Assembly: GCA_001642005.1 (NCBI GenBank)
Contig: LWCA01000018.1
Coordinates: 1 to 64,000, forward strand
DNA: 64,000 nt
Direction of reading: 5' to 3'
From: Intoshia linei
Taxonomy: Eukaryota; Animalia; Orthonectida
Every line of letters starts with the position of its first letter. Within the stretch, counting starts at the first letter, position 1. Shown here one piece after another: positions 1 to 12,328 of this stretch. A model generated the notes under the pieces. The model worked only from the letters and a program-made list of their open reading frames with translations, was not told where the DNA came from and made no database searches. The position numbers were made by a program, and so were the translations under genes.

Positions 1-756
1 GTAAATTCTGTATTGAAGTAAAATAAATAATGCTATACAGCGATAATGTAATCTACAGTTCTAGTTATAAGAACTTTACAATAATATATTACTGTAGTAA
101 CATTACAAACTTAAAGTTCATTCTAAAATATTATTAAAATTTCATTCGGTCCGCGCCTGACCAAACGTTAATATTATGATTTACAAATTTATCTATAATA
201 CCCTTGAGGTAAATGGGAAACATTGCCGGGGTATACTTTTTCTATAAAAAAAAGTGGGACACTCTAATATATAACAATACAAAATGAACTACACTTCATT
301 ACATGTACTTTATGGTGTCACATTTTTTGGAAAATTTTAGAATTCGATGGGCAATTAGCACTAAAAGTGTGTATTTTAAAAATAGAAAAACTAATTCCCA
401 ATCAAAAACATTTAACGATGTCTATTCGAGTTGCGTTTGTTATTTTAAATATCAGTGTATAAATATTATGGAGAAATTACAACTGAAGTTTATTTTAATG
501 GAAATTGGCGTTTGAGTCTTTAAACGTGGCATCGACTTTATAATATTATTCTCCATGTTTAGTTATACAGTGTATTTTTTTTAAATTTGTTTCTAGCTCA
601 ATTTTTTTTGGATTTTATGGAATTCATATTATGCAAAAATTTAAAATTTAAACAATGTTAATTGGCTATTTAACCAGAATTCGAAAAATTAAATCGTTAA
701 TGTAATTATACAAATATGTGTATTACACATACTTGTCATGTATTATATTTAAGCTC

Positions 757-873
757 AATTTAAATCTTAAAAATAATGTGACATTTTAATTATAGCTCAT
801 GTCAAAATATAATATGTTAATTTATTTTGATTCATAAAAAACGGACAAAATTTCCTCTGCGAGTAGTATAGGA
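757..873. repeat. Dispersed repeat, end of a piggyBac-type MITE (second copy 57016-57138)
   Basis: About 120 bp shared with 57016-57138; that copy ends AGTAGTAAAGGG|TTAA, this one AGTAGTATAGGA|TTAA. Confidence 0.65.
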
Positions 874-1313
874 TTAAACTTTTTGTTAGTAAATAATTGT
901 CGTTAAGCAAATGAAAATCTAGGAATAATACGCATTGGGTTTACCCCTCAAACATTAGTATAAGTAATTTTTTATTAAATTAATTCTATTTTTCAAAATG
1001 TGTCATCACTTTGTAAGTTTTTTTTCTTTGGCAGACAAAAATAAATTAAATATTAACATTATATATATTCTTCCAATTATATTTTATATTTAAAGAATCA
1101 TCCAGTGTTGATTTAAATAGGCTGTTTCTAACATTTGAGTGAATATTTCTATGTTGCGAAAAACATCTTTCTACAGCCGCTTAACTTAATATATTTTAGT
1201 TTTCTTTTTCATAGATTACATATTCACAATTTATTTTTTCAAAGTAATTTACCACGCATTTTGAATCTTAAACGATATATGAATTCACTTTAAATTAAAC
1301 TATTCCTATAGAT

Positions 1314-1594
1314 CAGGGATGTCAATTATGCGGCCCGCGTTGTAACATAAATTTTTATTTTTTATAATAATTTTTTACACATATTTCTTATGTTACAGTT
1401 TCTCATGATATATTTATTCATTACTACAATTTTAACATTATTTGTACACTTACTCCATTTTTATTGTTTCATATTTCATTTTATGAATTTAAATTTAATT
1501 CAATCTGTAAGTTTTAACATATTTTTTTGTGCGGCCCGCGTAATAATTTTGATTCAAATTTGGCCCGCCAAGCAAATTGAGTCTGACACCCCTG
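1314..1594. mobile_element. hAT (Buster/Charlie-like) MITE
   Basis: TIRs CAGGGATGTCA / TGACACCCCTG; perfect 8-bp TSD CTATAGAT (1306-1313, 1595-1602); subterminal GCGGCCCGC motifs. Confidence 0.9.
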
Positions 1595-1904
1595 CTATAG
1601 ATATACAGTTAAATCTGTTTAATTTAAAACAAAATAAAATTCTAAAATAAACGATTTTGATTGTAACATATCGCTGTATTTTTGCTGGAAATACAGCAAT
1701 GCTTTGTTATAAAAATGTACAGCATTTGCTGTACGGACAACAAAATACAGCATTTTTGGTACCACCCCTGGTTATAACATAAATAGCACAAAATTATTAT
1801 GCAATTTGCTGTATGTATAATCGAGATTCCACTGTACTCCCAAAAAAGTTTACTATCTACGTCTGCTTTAAAATTTAATCATTTTGTATTAATTTAAATT
1901 ATAG

Positions 1905-3416
1905 TATCTGATGAAATTATAAAACTATTTGCACTTCACCGCGAAGTTAATGAATATTCAAAAGAGGTATTTTAATTTTAATTTTTGAATTTAATTAATT
2001 AATCATTTACAGTTGGAGAACCTTGAAAGAAGTGCAAAATACCTGAAAAAACTCAATAAGAAACTAGAAAATTGGAAGACGCTGAATTCAAACCAGGAAC
2101 CATGCACTGAAAATGATAATACATTGGCAAGTTTTACAAATGATAAATTGAGCACTGAATCATTAGAATCAACCGCATTGAATTACTCTAATAAAGAATA
2201 CGATAAAAGTTTAAATAACATACACACCTTTAATGAACTTGTTCGAAAAAATGGTGTACTTGATTCTGCTGAATATCATTCGTCACCCATTACTTCCAAC
2301 TCATACACCTTACTGTCACAACTTTCATCAGCCAATTTGAATAATAGTAAAATTGCGTCTCTATCATCCAATACGCAGATTCAACCCACCTGGACAAATC
2401 ATTGCAACATTCAAACAGAAACTATACAACCGAATAGTACGATTGCTGAAAAATTAATTACAAAACCTGGCATTCAATTTGATTCCAAGAATTTGAATCT
2501 CAACCTTGAATGTCAAAAACAAGATTTTAACGACTTGAATCAATCACAACTGCCTGAATCTCAAAAGTTTCATCAGATGCAACAGATTAAACATTTTAAA
2601 GATTATTTGAATTCTAAATTAAACCTTAAAACTCCAGAGTCAAGTTTAAATCCACTAAAGTGTGATTTGAAGGAAATTGTAGAAATTGCACCCAAACCAG
2701 TAAAAAAAATTTCCAATAAAGTTAAACATTTTAGCCCTGGAGAAAACCTTGTCAATGACTTAAAATTGAATAATAAATTAAAAAATGTCCCCAAAAAATC
2801 CAGACAAAGTAAACCAAAAAAAAATACTGAAAATATAAATAATGGCAATAATTATATTGATGATAAACATAAAAGAATGTCTACTCAACTTTTTCACTCA
2901 ATGAACCTTGATCCGTCCACATTTGAGCAAATGGCAAATTATAACAAACAAATGAACAGTAACTGTCAAAATACAAACAAGCTAGTACAAGATTTTATAC
3001 AAAGTGATGTACAAAATAAACACAAAAACGTTGATTCTAAACCACAATTCCATTCAAGATATTCTGATTTTAACAATAAAGAGTCCAAGTTATCTGAAAA
3101 TCCCCAAAAAACATTCCCGGAGCCTTTAAATCAACGCCATTATACCGATTTGAGCAATTCTATTCCATATCAATCAATAACCAATTCTGATGCTGTATTT
3201 AGAAATTTGCAATATAGACAAAATTATAATTATTTTTATAATGTTCAAAATCAAAATAGAATGTATATGAATATCCCAAACATGTCAAATTCAAACTTTA
3301 ATCCTATAAATACTGTTCAAACTCGTAATAATGTAACTTCTAATTATCATGCATACTCAAATGTTTACAATCAACTCTATAGGCCACGCAAAAAATCAAC
3401 TAGTAAACACAACTGA
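1905..3416 (+). CDS. 3' part of an unknown gene: short coiled-coil/leucine-zipper-like segment followed by a long N/Q/S/K-rich low-complexity tail (5' exons probably upstream of the window)
   Basis: Exon 1905-1966 (SDEIIKLFALHREVNEYSKE), 46-nt GT-AG intron 1967-2012, then a 1.4-kb open frame to TGA 3416. No family recognised. Confidence 0.7.
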
Positions 3417-3486
3417 CTGTTTAAAAATTTAATATTAAATGTACGTTTTATTTTAAAATTTATGTGGCGTGTGTAATTTTATTGGT

Positions 3487-4148
3487 TTACGAATCTGATT
3501 TACATTCTTTTTTAATATTTTTCATGCGCTGTGAGTAGATACTAGGTGAGACTTCGATTTCGTCATGTATGGCTAGATATTGTTCAATTTTGTACCCGAT
3601 TGTGCCGATGGCTAGATTTTATTTTAAACTTTGGTATCCTCTCTAATTTGTCAAAGGACCTGTGAAATATTGGGAAAATTTGAAATGTGCTTATAAATAA
3701 AAATTTTAAAAGCTACCAACATGTGTTATATTTGGCAAATTAGAGAGGTAATACAGTATATTTAAATATATGTCATCAATTAAAACCAGTTTACTTTTAA
3801 CAGTTTTGTAGGACCAAACTATTATTAATATATCAGGTACCCATATGAAATATTTGTATAGCCCTGTTGTCAGGATTTTAATTTTAATCGAACCGCCTTT
3901 CACTTGGGTCCTGACACGGAACTGTGTTCAATGATTAATGTAAAGTAAATACATCATAAATGGTATCTTAATCTATCTCAGATTTCAGTATGTGTATAAT
4001 TGTTATAATAAACGCAATTTTCTACACCGTGTCAAATTTTCAAAGGAATTAAACATGTACCAAAATATATAATATTTGAATTACTTATTGTTACAGGTGC
4101 CATTACAAATGGGAGATAATTACGTACAAAAATAAAAATTGGATTCAT
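3487..4148 (-). CDS. SMIM12: Small integral membrane protein 12-like (UPF0767), 62 aa, two exons
   Basis: Exons 4148-4085 and 3611-3487 give MNPIFIFVRNYLPFVMAPVTITIGTIGYKIEQYLAIHDEIEVSPSIYSQRMK...; resembles SMIM12 [24 protein letters not shown]. GT-AG intron; AATAAA just after the stop. Not in the ORF track. Confidence 0.8.
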
Positions 4149-4848
4149 TTAAAAATAAAGGTCAATTCAATTTAGTAAATTAAGATGCAAAGTCATGAAA
4201 ATAATGTGATAAATTTTAACCTGCAAACAAAAAAGTACTAAAAAGTGTACTTATCTAAAATTAACTTTTTTGAACATCAAATTTTGGTCTATGGAACTTA
4301 TAAAACCATTGAAAGTTTAATTCAAAAAAATTTTTTTTAAGCTATTCATTTGAATTATTTTTACCAAACTACACTCGAGTTTCCTTCCAACACCGAAATT
4401 CAGTAATTTAATGATAAATTCGGTTTAATACTGAACGAAAAATTTTGAAATCATCAAAGTTGTACACCACTTTACAAATCTACGTTTTTAGATGATGGAC
4501 TTTGTCCATTGGACAAGACCTTGTAGATTCAAATGAGTAGAAAAGTTTAAAAATAACAAAAAGGTTGTTTCCAACCGGGTTCTGAAAATTTTTCTTTTTT
4601 TTTTTTATGGCAAGTTATGATCAGTATCAATGATTACAACTCACCACATATAGATACATATTAAACCTTTTATAGTATAAAATCATATTATAAAACTAAT
4701 TAAATTATCATAATTTATTCAGATAAAAATGTCTATGAATCGTAGTTTTTAGCTCATCAACTTTGAGAATTCTCTTGAAAAGAACGAAATTGAGTATAAC
4801 AAATTGTTATTAACAATTCATACCGGTGTTAATTTAACACTAACATAA

Positions 4849-4985
4849 AGTGGCCAGAAAAATACTTACTATAACTTTTATTTTATTTGAAATACATTTT
4901 TGTTCGTCATCATAGATAAGTAGTTTTGGCTTTACATTAAACACCAAATAAACTAAAATGATAGTACGTATTTTTTCTGGCCACT
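4849..4985. mobile_element. TIR MITE, Kolobok-like (AG...CT termini, TTAA-type flank)
   Basis: About 25-bp TIR AGTGGCCAGAAAAATAC(T/G)TACTAT; flanks ATAA / TTAA. Confidence 0.7.
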
Positions 4986-5263
4986 TTAACTTCATTGAAT
5001 ATATTAAGTATGTTAATGGGAGACTTACATTATCATTGTAATTCCGTGTAATGATTGATTTACCAACCCATTTAGGATATAAAAATAATTAGTTGAAATA
5101 TTTGTTATTATTTTTAAAGCTTTTTAAATTGTTGTAGGAATTAAATGTTTAACAAAAAATTACTTTACCCGCCTTCATCATAACTGGTTAGATATTAAAG
5201 ATTGCACGAAGTAGGAAACAGTCACGCCGAGTTTAAGCATGGGATCGGAATGTATTTATATTA

Positions 5264-5745
5264 CAGTAGATCAATCATCATTGATCACATAGGCACAAAG
5301 CAGTAATGTTCACTATACGCGGATTTTTGAAATGTAGATAGCTTTATTTATTTAAAAATTGGACGAAAATTATGGATACAAAATATTACATAAAAAATAA
5401 AAAAAATTTTTTTATATAATAAACTCAAATATCTCACTTAAGGCTTAACACTACTCATGACTCACATTATTTGAGCCCTGATTTTTTTCGGTAATATGAC
5501 TTGAATTTTCGTATGATTTCCTGGTCACACGCCTGAATAATAGACGTTGTATTCGCCGTATAAAAATTAATTTGATAATTTACTTCACCAACGTTTTTGA
5601 AAAACTACAATTGATCACTGTAAGCGGACTAAATTTCATACATTTTGATCAAAATATAAGGGATTCTAAATTTTGACCATTCTAAGCGGATGATCATTAT
5701 ATCCGTCATCAATATAAATGTTTACAATGTAAGTGGTTTCTACTG
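5264..5745. mobile_element. Tigger/pogo-type MITE (degenerate)
   Basis: TA|CAGTAGA...TCTACTG|TA with an imperfect ~20-bp TIR. Confidence 0.55.
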
Positions 5746-5769
5746 TATTTTATTCGATAATATGTAGAT

Positions 5770-6484
5770 CTGGGGTGCACAACGTGCGGCCGTAGGGCAA
5801 TACATCTGATTATAATGCAATATATCATTTTACTTCAAATAAAAAACTTAAAATGAGATTTTATTCAAGGTCTATTTAAAATATTTTAATCAAAGTTACA
5901 TTTTTGACATTTCCCAGTTTCTTAAATGTTAGCGAAGAGCACACAAAATCAAGGCAGTCATTGATATCTTTTTTATGTCATTATTAATAGTTAAATATTT
6001 TTTTATATTTTCCACTCTAATGTATCAACAAATCAGTTTTTAATAGAACTTTTTTCTGTTGTTCAATTATTATTAATAATTAATGTTTTTTCAAAAAAAT
6101 ATGAGTAAAAAGAGATTTTTCGAATTTTTTTTAAATCACGTTTTTTTTTATGGAATCAATCATAATAATTATTGATCTGAAAATTTGGTAAAATGGGATT
6201 TTTCATAAAAATATTAGCAAAAATGATTTTTTTCTTTAAGGGTTAGTAAAAATAGATTTTTAAAAAAAATATTGGTAAAAAAAAATTTCTTCTTTAAGGG
6301 TTGGTAAAATTTTGGTTTTTTCTAAATTTTTTTTATTTAAGATTATATTAAATTGGATGATTTAATGAAATATGTTGAAAATTGTAGATTATCCTACAAT
6401 TATCTACATTTTGTGCGGCCGTAGTATAATTATATGAGAAAAGTAGCATTGTGGCTAAATTGGTGGAAAGGTTATGCACCCCTG
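5770..6484. mobile_element. Non-autonomous hAT element with internal minisatellite, ending 137 bp upstream of the PSMA1 ATG
   Basis: TIRs CTGGGGTGCACAAC / GTTATGCACCCCTG; perfect TSD ATGTAGAT; degenerate related copy ending at 57302. Confidence 0.9.
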
Positions 6485-6621
6485 ATGTAGATCATTTACA
6501 TTAAATTTACTAATTCTGTCTTGTAGAAATTAGCCAAATATTGTAACTTACAACTTATCGTTTAGTTTTCTTATTTATCAATATATCGCTCTTCAACTAA
6601 AAAATAAAGTTTGCTTAAAAA

Positions 6622-9600
6622 ATGGTATTTTTTCTAAACTTTTAATAGTAAAATAATACATCTAATTAGTTTCGAAGCCATTACGACAGAGATATTTCCA
6701 TTTGGAGTCCAGAGGTAAATTAAATCTATCGATTGTAGTTATAATTTTCTAAATAATTAAAAATTTAATTTTTATCAAAAATCGAAAAATATGTTGTATA
6801 ATTTTGACAAACAAACATTTTATACTTTTGATATGTTTTATATCTAAAAATTTATAAAAAGATATATTTTCACGTTTATCTTAAATTTTTAGGGTCGATT
6901 GCATCAAATATCATATGCAATGGAAGCAGTTAACCAAGGCGCTCCATCTGTCGGATTGAAATCAAAAGAATATTCTTTATTATTGACACATAATGTAATT
7001 TATATAAATTTACGGATTCCGTATTACGGATCGATTCATGTGAAGGGTTCTTGGTCAATGGAAAATTTTGACGGCATTGGCAGCTAAGAAATTGACTGTA
7101 CCGCCCAGTGCAGGATTCTACCATTTCCGATTGTATATTTTATGGAATGCAACAGTACAATATAACTTGTTTTAATCATGAAAATGATCTATGTGAAAAA
7201 CAAACGTATATATTTTTACGATTCGCAATTCACAATTATCGACCTATATGAAAGAGGTGACCCTTGAAAACGCTGATTTATCTATTGAAATTTATAATTT
7301 TATTATTTTAGAGACTCATTTCAAAATTTTCCGAGCCTCAAAGAAAAATTTTACAAGTTGATGATTCTATAGCTGTTGCAATATCTGGTTTAACTTCAGA
7401 TGGATACGTCTTGGGGTTTTAACATTTTATCAACGTTTATTTAAGCCAGGCATTCTCAAGGAGGTCCCTGGAAAAAGTTAAATTTTTACCTTTTTCAAAC
7501 TTGAGCTTAATCTAATATTTTAAGAATGATGATCTACTCTAAATCCAATCTAATCCAATTATATAAGTTTAAACATTTACATGTACTGATGAAAACGACA
7601 CAAAATTGATGATTATTTTATTTTTCTTAATTAATTTGTCGACACGGAACTCCCGATTCAATTATAAATTATATGGCGTGTAAAATGATTTATTAATTGA
7701 GTTATGAAAATTTTATGGACCCATAATATAATTTATATTTTTATATTAGAAGAGCCATGCTTTCTCTTTTGGAAACCTTGGTTTAAATAATAATTTGTAT
7801 TTTAAATGTAATTCAATTTTTAGATCTTATTTGACAAATGAATGTATTAAATACAAATTTACCAACGATGAAGCTATACCTATCCCTAGGTTATGTTCGA
7901 GACTGCAATTAAGTAAGTATATTTATGTTAATTTAGTCAAAATTATTTCGAGGACCGGCCTTTGAGAAACGATATTTGACGTATATTTTGAATGTGATTG
8001 ATAGTTTGTGAATAAATAAAATTATAAGCATTTATTTGTGGTGAATTAATCAATCAATTTCTTTTAACGTTAATTTTAAAGTTTTGAATTTTTTAGGTTT
8101 ATGCGCGTAAACTGAAAATCCGGCAAATTTTTATAAAGTATGTACTTTTACTGGACTTTAAAAAAAAATTTTACTGAATTTTACTGTATTGTTTCTAAAA
8201 AAATAAGTTGAACACTAGTACACATGTCGTATATATAGTTGATAATATTTGATTATTGTGGTTATTTTATCCATTTTTTTTTTATTATTTGTTGATAAAT
8301 TATGTTTTACACATTGTTTCTCAAATATTATCACCTGAGATTTGGAGAAGTGACGCTGACGTGAAGAAGACGAAATTTTGTATTACTTTTTAAATTTAAT
8401 TTTTAGTTTTATAACGACGTAATAAAATTAAATCAAATTTTCATCTCTTTATAATCAGATTTTGAGTAATTGTTGAGCAAATTTAGATCCATTAGATACT
8501 AATTTAATTTAAGACAGTGGTTTTAAAACTTTTTGTGTTCGCGACCCCCCTTATAAACATAAAAAATTTTCGCAACCCAAAAATTTTCTATATACTCCAA
8601 ACATGTTATCAATTGAACATAAATGAAAATATTAATAGTTTTATTTATATTTTATACTGTGTTCAAATTTTCACGACCCCCCTGATAAATTTCGCGACCC
8701 CCGGTTGAAAACCACTGATTTAAGAGAACTTGTCATTCTAAATTCATCAAAAGTATGATACATTTTTTAAATCTTAACTTATATAATATGCTACACGAAT
8801 TTTGTTTGTGTGTGTGTTACGCTTTATTTAAATAACTACTTATCTTAGAATTTTATAAAGTCTACATTTCAAATTACATCTTTTTCCGGGATGTATAGTA
8901 AAATAAATTTTAACTTCTCAATTTCACATCTTACGGGTCAAAAACCCCAGTTGTACTTAATAAGATGTTTTAAGGTGAAGCTATTTAAAAAAATTAAAAA
9001 GTAACAAATAATACAAAACTAGTTGGAAACAGCTGTAAATGTTTATTATTTTCGTAGTTTACCGCGACATTTTTAAGGTATTTTTAGTCTTCAGTCGGTC
9101 AAAATATTTTATATATACAGTGCCGGTCAAAAGCTTTGACCCCCAACAAAATGATAGATTTTGTTGGATAGCACAAAAACTAGTAAATCGTTTTTAGAAA
9201 TTTAAAAACCATTATGTAAACAAATACATATTCTATTAAAAAATATATCACTATTTCACGGTTAATTTCAATATTTATCTACTTCAATTATAAATTTTAT
9301 TTTTCAAATATATCATAATCAAAAGTCTTTAACCTTCTAACAATTTTTGTAAATATAAGCATAAATACAATTGAAAATCACAAGGTTTTTTTTTAAATTT
9401 ACATATTCTGATTTTGTAATGTTATTCATTATAAATTGTGTTTTATTTTAAACATTAGACATCATGACTAGGATATCATTAACAATGAGAAAGAAAATAG
9501 TTGAGCTTTACAAAGGAGGGATTTCCAAGCACAAAATTGCTAGAGATCCTAAAATTTCAAGGCATTCTGTTATCGAAATAATTAAAAAATACAAAAGTAT

Positions 9601-12078
9601 ACAATATGTTGAAGATAAGCCAAGGACGGGCCGTACTCCTATACTGTATATTAGAGATGAACGTCTTTTATGCAATGAGTCTCGAAAGTTTCTTAGTAAA
9701 ACTGGATCTAATGTGAAAAGACTCATTGGGATCATCTGTGACCATATCCACAGAAACAGTAAGAAGATATATTCGCAAAAACAACCTATTCGGAAGAATA
9801 TCTGCTAAAAAACCATCATTATAAAACCGTAATATTAAGAAAGGTTGTGGTATCGATTACATTTGACATATTTACCGACGAAAGCAAAATTCAACTAATA
9901 TCCAGCACAAAATCGTACGTAAGAAGGCCTAAAGGTAAAAGCTTTGATTCCAAATACATTAAAATATTCTCCTTCTATAATGGTATTTGGTGGTATTCAA
10001 CATGATGGAGAACGAATTCTTGTAAGGTGCAATTGTAATGTAGATTCCAACGAATATATAAGAATTCTTTCTACCATATCGTCAGGTTTTTTTTGGAAAG
10101 ATCTCTTTTTCAGCAGGATAATGCACCTTGCTATAAGTCTTTAAAAAGAATGGATTATGAATGGATATAGGATGAAACTCTTAGAAAACTGACCGCCACA
10201 GAGTCCTGATATAAATATTATAGAAAATATGTGGCACATATTAAAATTAGACTACCAAGGAATGTCGAAGACTTATGAATGATCGCATTAGATGAATGGA
10301 ATATATACAAAACCTATACAAGAGTATTTACTAAATATTAAACAATTAATTTTCATCAAGCTTTCAAAAATAATTATAATCACCAAAAAATTAATATAAT
10401 TCAGAGGGTCCAAGACTTTTTTTTCTAAAATTATTGGTAATAATTCTTTAATTGAATTTAATACAATTAATAGTAACCTAAAATAAACATAATTATAATT
10501 AAGTAAACTATTACATTTATTCTTCCTTATATTGGTGTTTTTAAAATTTTATACAAAAAGTGATTAGTTTTTGGCTATCTAACAAGATGTATCATTTTGT
10601 TGGGGCCCAAGAGTTTTTATTGGTACTGTATAATAAATATTTCTAATAATAGTATATATAGTATTTAAACATTTTATGTAGAAATGCAACCATGCACTCA
10701 ATTATATGGAGAGAGACCATTTGGAGTTGGTTTACTTATTATTGGAGCCGATGTAATGATTTGATATTTTTTGATATCTGGTACTCAAGGGAAAAATTGG
10801 ACAAAAGTATTGTCCATATGGAGAAATTTGAAAAGTTGGAATTTTCGGAAAGATAAAAAATATAAATTCACATTTTTTTTGGTTTTCACTAATTTTCGGT
10901 CTTTTGTATATTTTAAAAAGTGAGTTTTGTTTGTGTCTTAATTGTCTAAAGCTAAAAAACTGGACGAGGAATAAATAATTTTTGACAATAAGAAATATGT
11001 CTGTGTTAAAATTAAAAAACGATAGTTTTTAATATTCTCCTTTCATTTTAAAATGAATTTTTTGATCTGTATCAATTTTGATTTATATGGGTGAAGTATA
11101 GAAGAAAGTATATTTAATTTGCATGTATACATTTTAATTGTTTATATGTGCGTAGAACCAAACCTACCATGCTGAACTTTCCCGAAAATCAAAAATAAAC
11201 CTATATTTTCATAAACAATTTATAATACCATATAGCCGTATTCACTCTCCGTGGTCTGAAGTTGACCGTTTAAATTTACACAAATTAGTTTTGATCAAAA
11301 ATTTTGTCAGGCCTCTAAGCTGGTATCGCGTTTATCTGGTACGATAGGTTCGGCTCTATATGGACGCTAACTTTAAAAAGGTTGAGAAGTCCATATTTAA
11401 CATGATACATGTACGTAAATCAATGGCAATTCAATATACATGTAATTTGTTTAATAGTCAAAAAAAACGCATCTTTTTCACTCGTGCCCTTCTGCCAATA
11501 TTTATGAGTGCAATGCAATGGCCATTGGCTCCAGATCGCAATCAGCTCGAACTCATTTAATCAATAATATGAAAAAATTTGAAAATTGTAATAATCATAT
11601 GTATTAACATAATATAAAATTACAGCTTCATTGAATGAATTAATTCAACATGGACTCTATGCTTTAAGAGAAACATATCGTGGAGAAGACAAACTTGAAT
11701 ATTCGGTAATTATTACATGTGGTTACTATTTCACATTGTTGTTTGTGGTCATTATTCACATTAATAATTGTGATTATTTTAATTTTAGAATTGCAGTGTA
11801 GTAGTAATAGGTTTAAATACTCCTTTTTACGAGCTCGACAAGGAAACTATCAAATCGTTTGTATGAGAAATTAATTAACTCTAATGAAATCTAAATTTAG
11901 ATTGATAAATTAACACCCAAAAAGCCGATTGATGAATCAAGTGACGAAGAAAACCCGGAACCAGAAACTGAGAATGTTCAGCCTACTCCAGTAGTTTCTA
12001 ATGTACCGGATGATGAACTGAATGACGTTTAATTTTTTTGGGATTTTTATTATTTTTCTTTAGGACATGGTGGACTAA
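6622..12078 (+). CDS. PSMA1: 20S proteasome subunit alpha type-1 (alpha6)
   Basis: Exons 6622-6624 (ATG only), 6670-6714, 6893-6994, 7312-7415, 7824-7912, 10682-10752, 11458-11587, 11626-11705, 11789-11860, 11901-12026, 12064-12078. Motifs [61 protein letters not shown]. Confidence 0.96.
8515..8717. mobile_element. hAT MITE in PSMA1 intron 5
   Basis: TIRs CAGTGGTTTTAAAAC / GGTTGAAAACCACTG; perfect TSD ATTTAAGA; repeated CGCGACCCC. Confidence 0.9.
8772..8950 (+). mobile_element. Short Helitron-like non-autonomous element (inverted copy 39202-39376)
   Basis: Two ~177-bp copies with matching ends; 5' TC, a (GT)n tract, 3' GGG..AAAAACCCC stem; no TIR or TSD; lies between A and T. Confidence 0.55.
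9118..10628 (+). mobile_element. Tc1-family (DD34E) transposon, IR/DR type, with decayed transposase, in PSMA1 intron 5
   Basis: TA|CAGT...ACTG|TA; long imperfect TIRs with inner direct repeats (~9320-9338, ~10403-10420); HTH and GRTP from 9464; IFTDESK ~9868, QQDNAP ~10111, SPDINIIEN ~10202; stops and frameshifts. Confidence 0.93.
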
Positions 12079-12328
12079 ATTTAAAAAGACGGCAGTAACC
12101 ATTAATAACTTAGTCTAAATAAATTTAATTAAAGATTTATAATTTGTTCATTTAAGTATATACATTACGTGGTTAAATAATATATGAATGTGACTTTGAA
12201 TTTGCCTTTAATTTTGCCCGTATGGTTTATTTATAGTTCTTTTGTACGTAATTAAATGTCGCGTTGTTTCACCCGACAATTGTGAATTTTGTTTATATTC
12301 TAAAATGAAAATTTATTTTTTATTAAAA

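Noticed and set aside
1905-2070. AF10/AF17- or PHF14-like leucine zipper
   Set aside because: Only generic heptad similarity; the diagnostic domains would be outside the window.
3917-3939. CGGAACTG..AATGATTAAT, resembling 18S rRNA
   Set aside because: Short gapped match with no flanking rRNA similarity.
7181-7280. C/D snoRNA or U14 (ATTCGCA..CTGA)
   Set aside because: Box C is ATGATCT rather than RTGATGA, and U14 domain B is absent.
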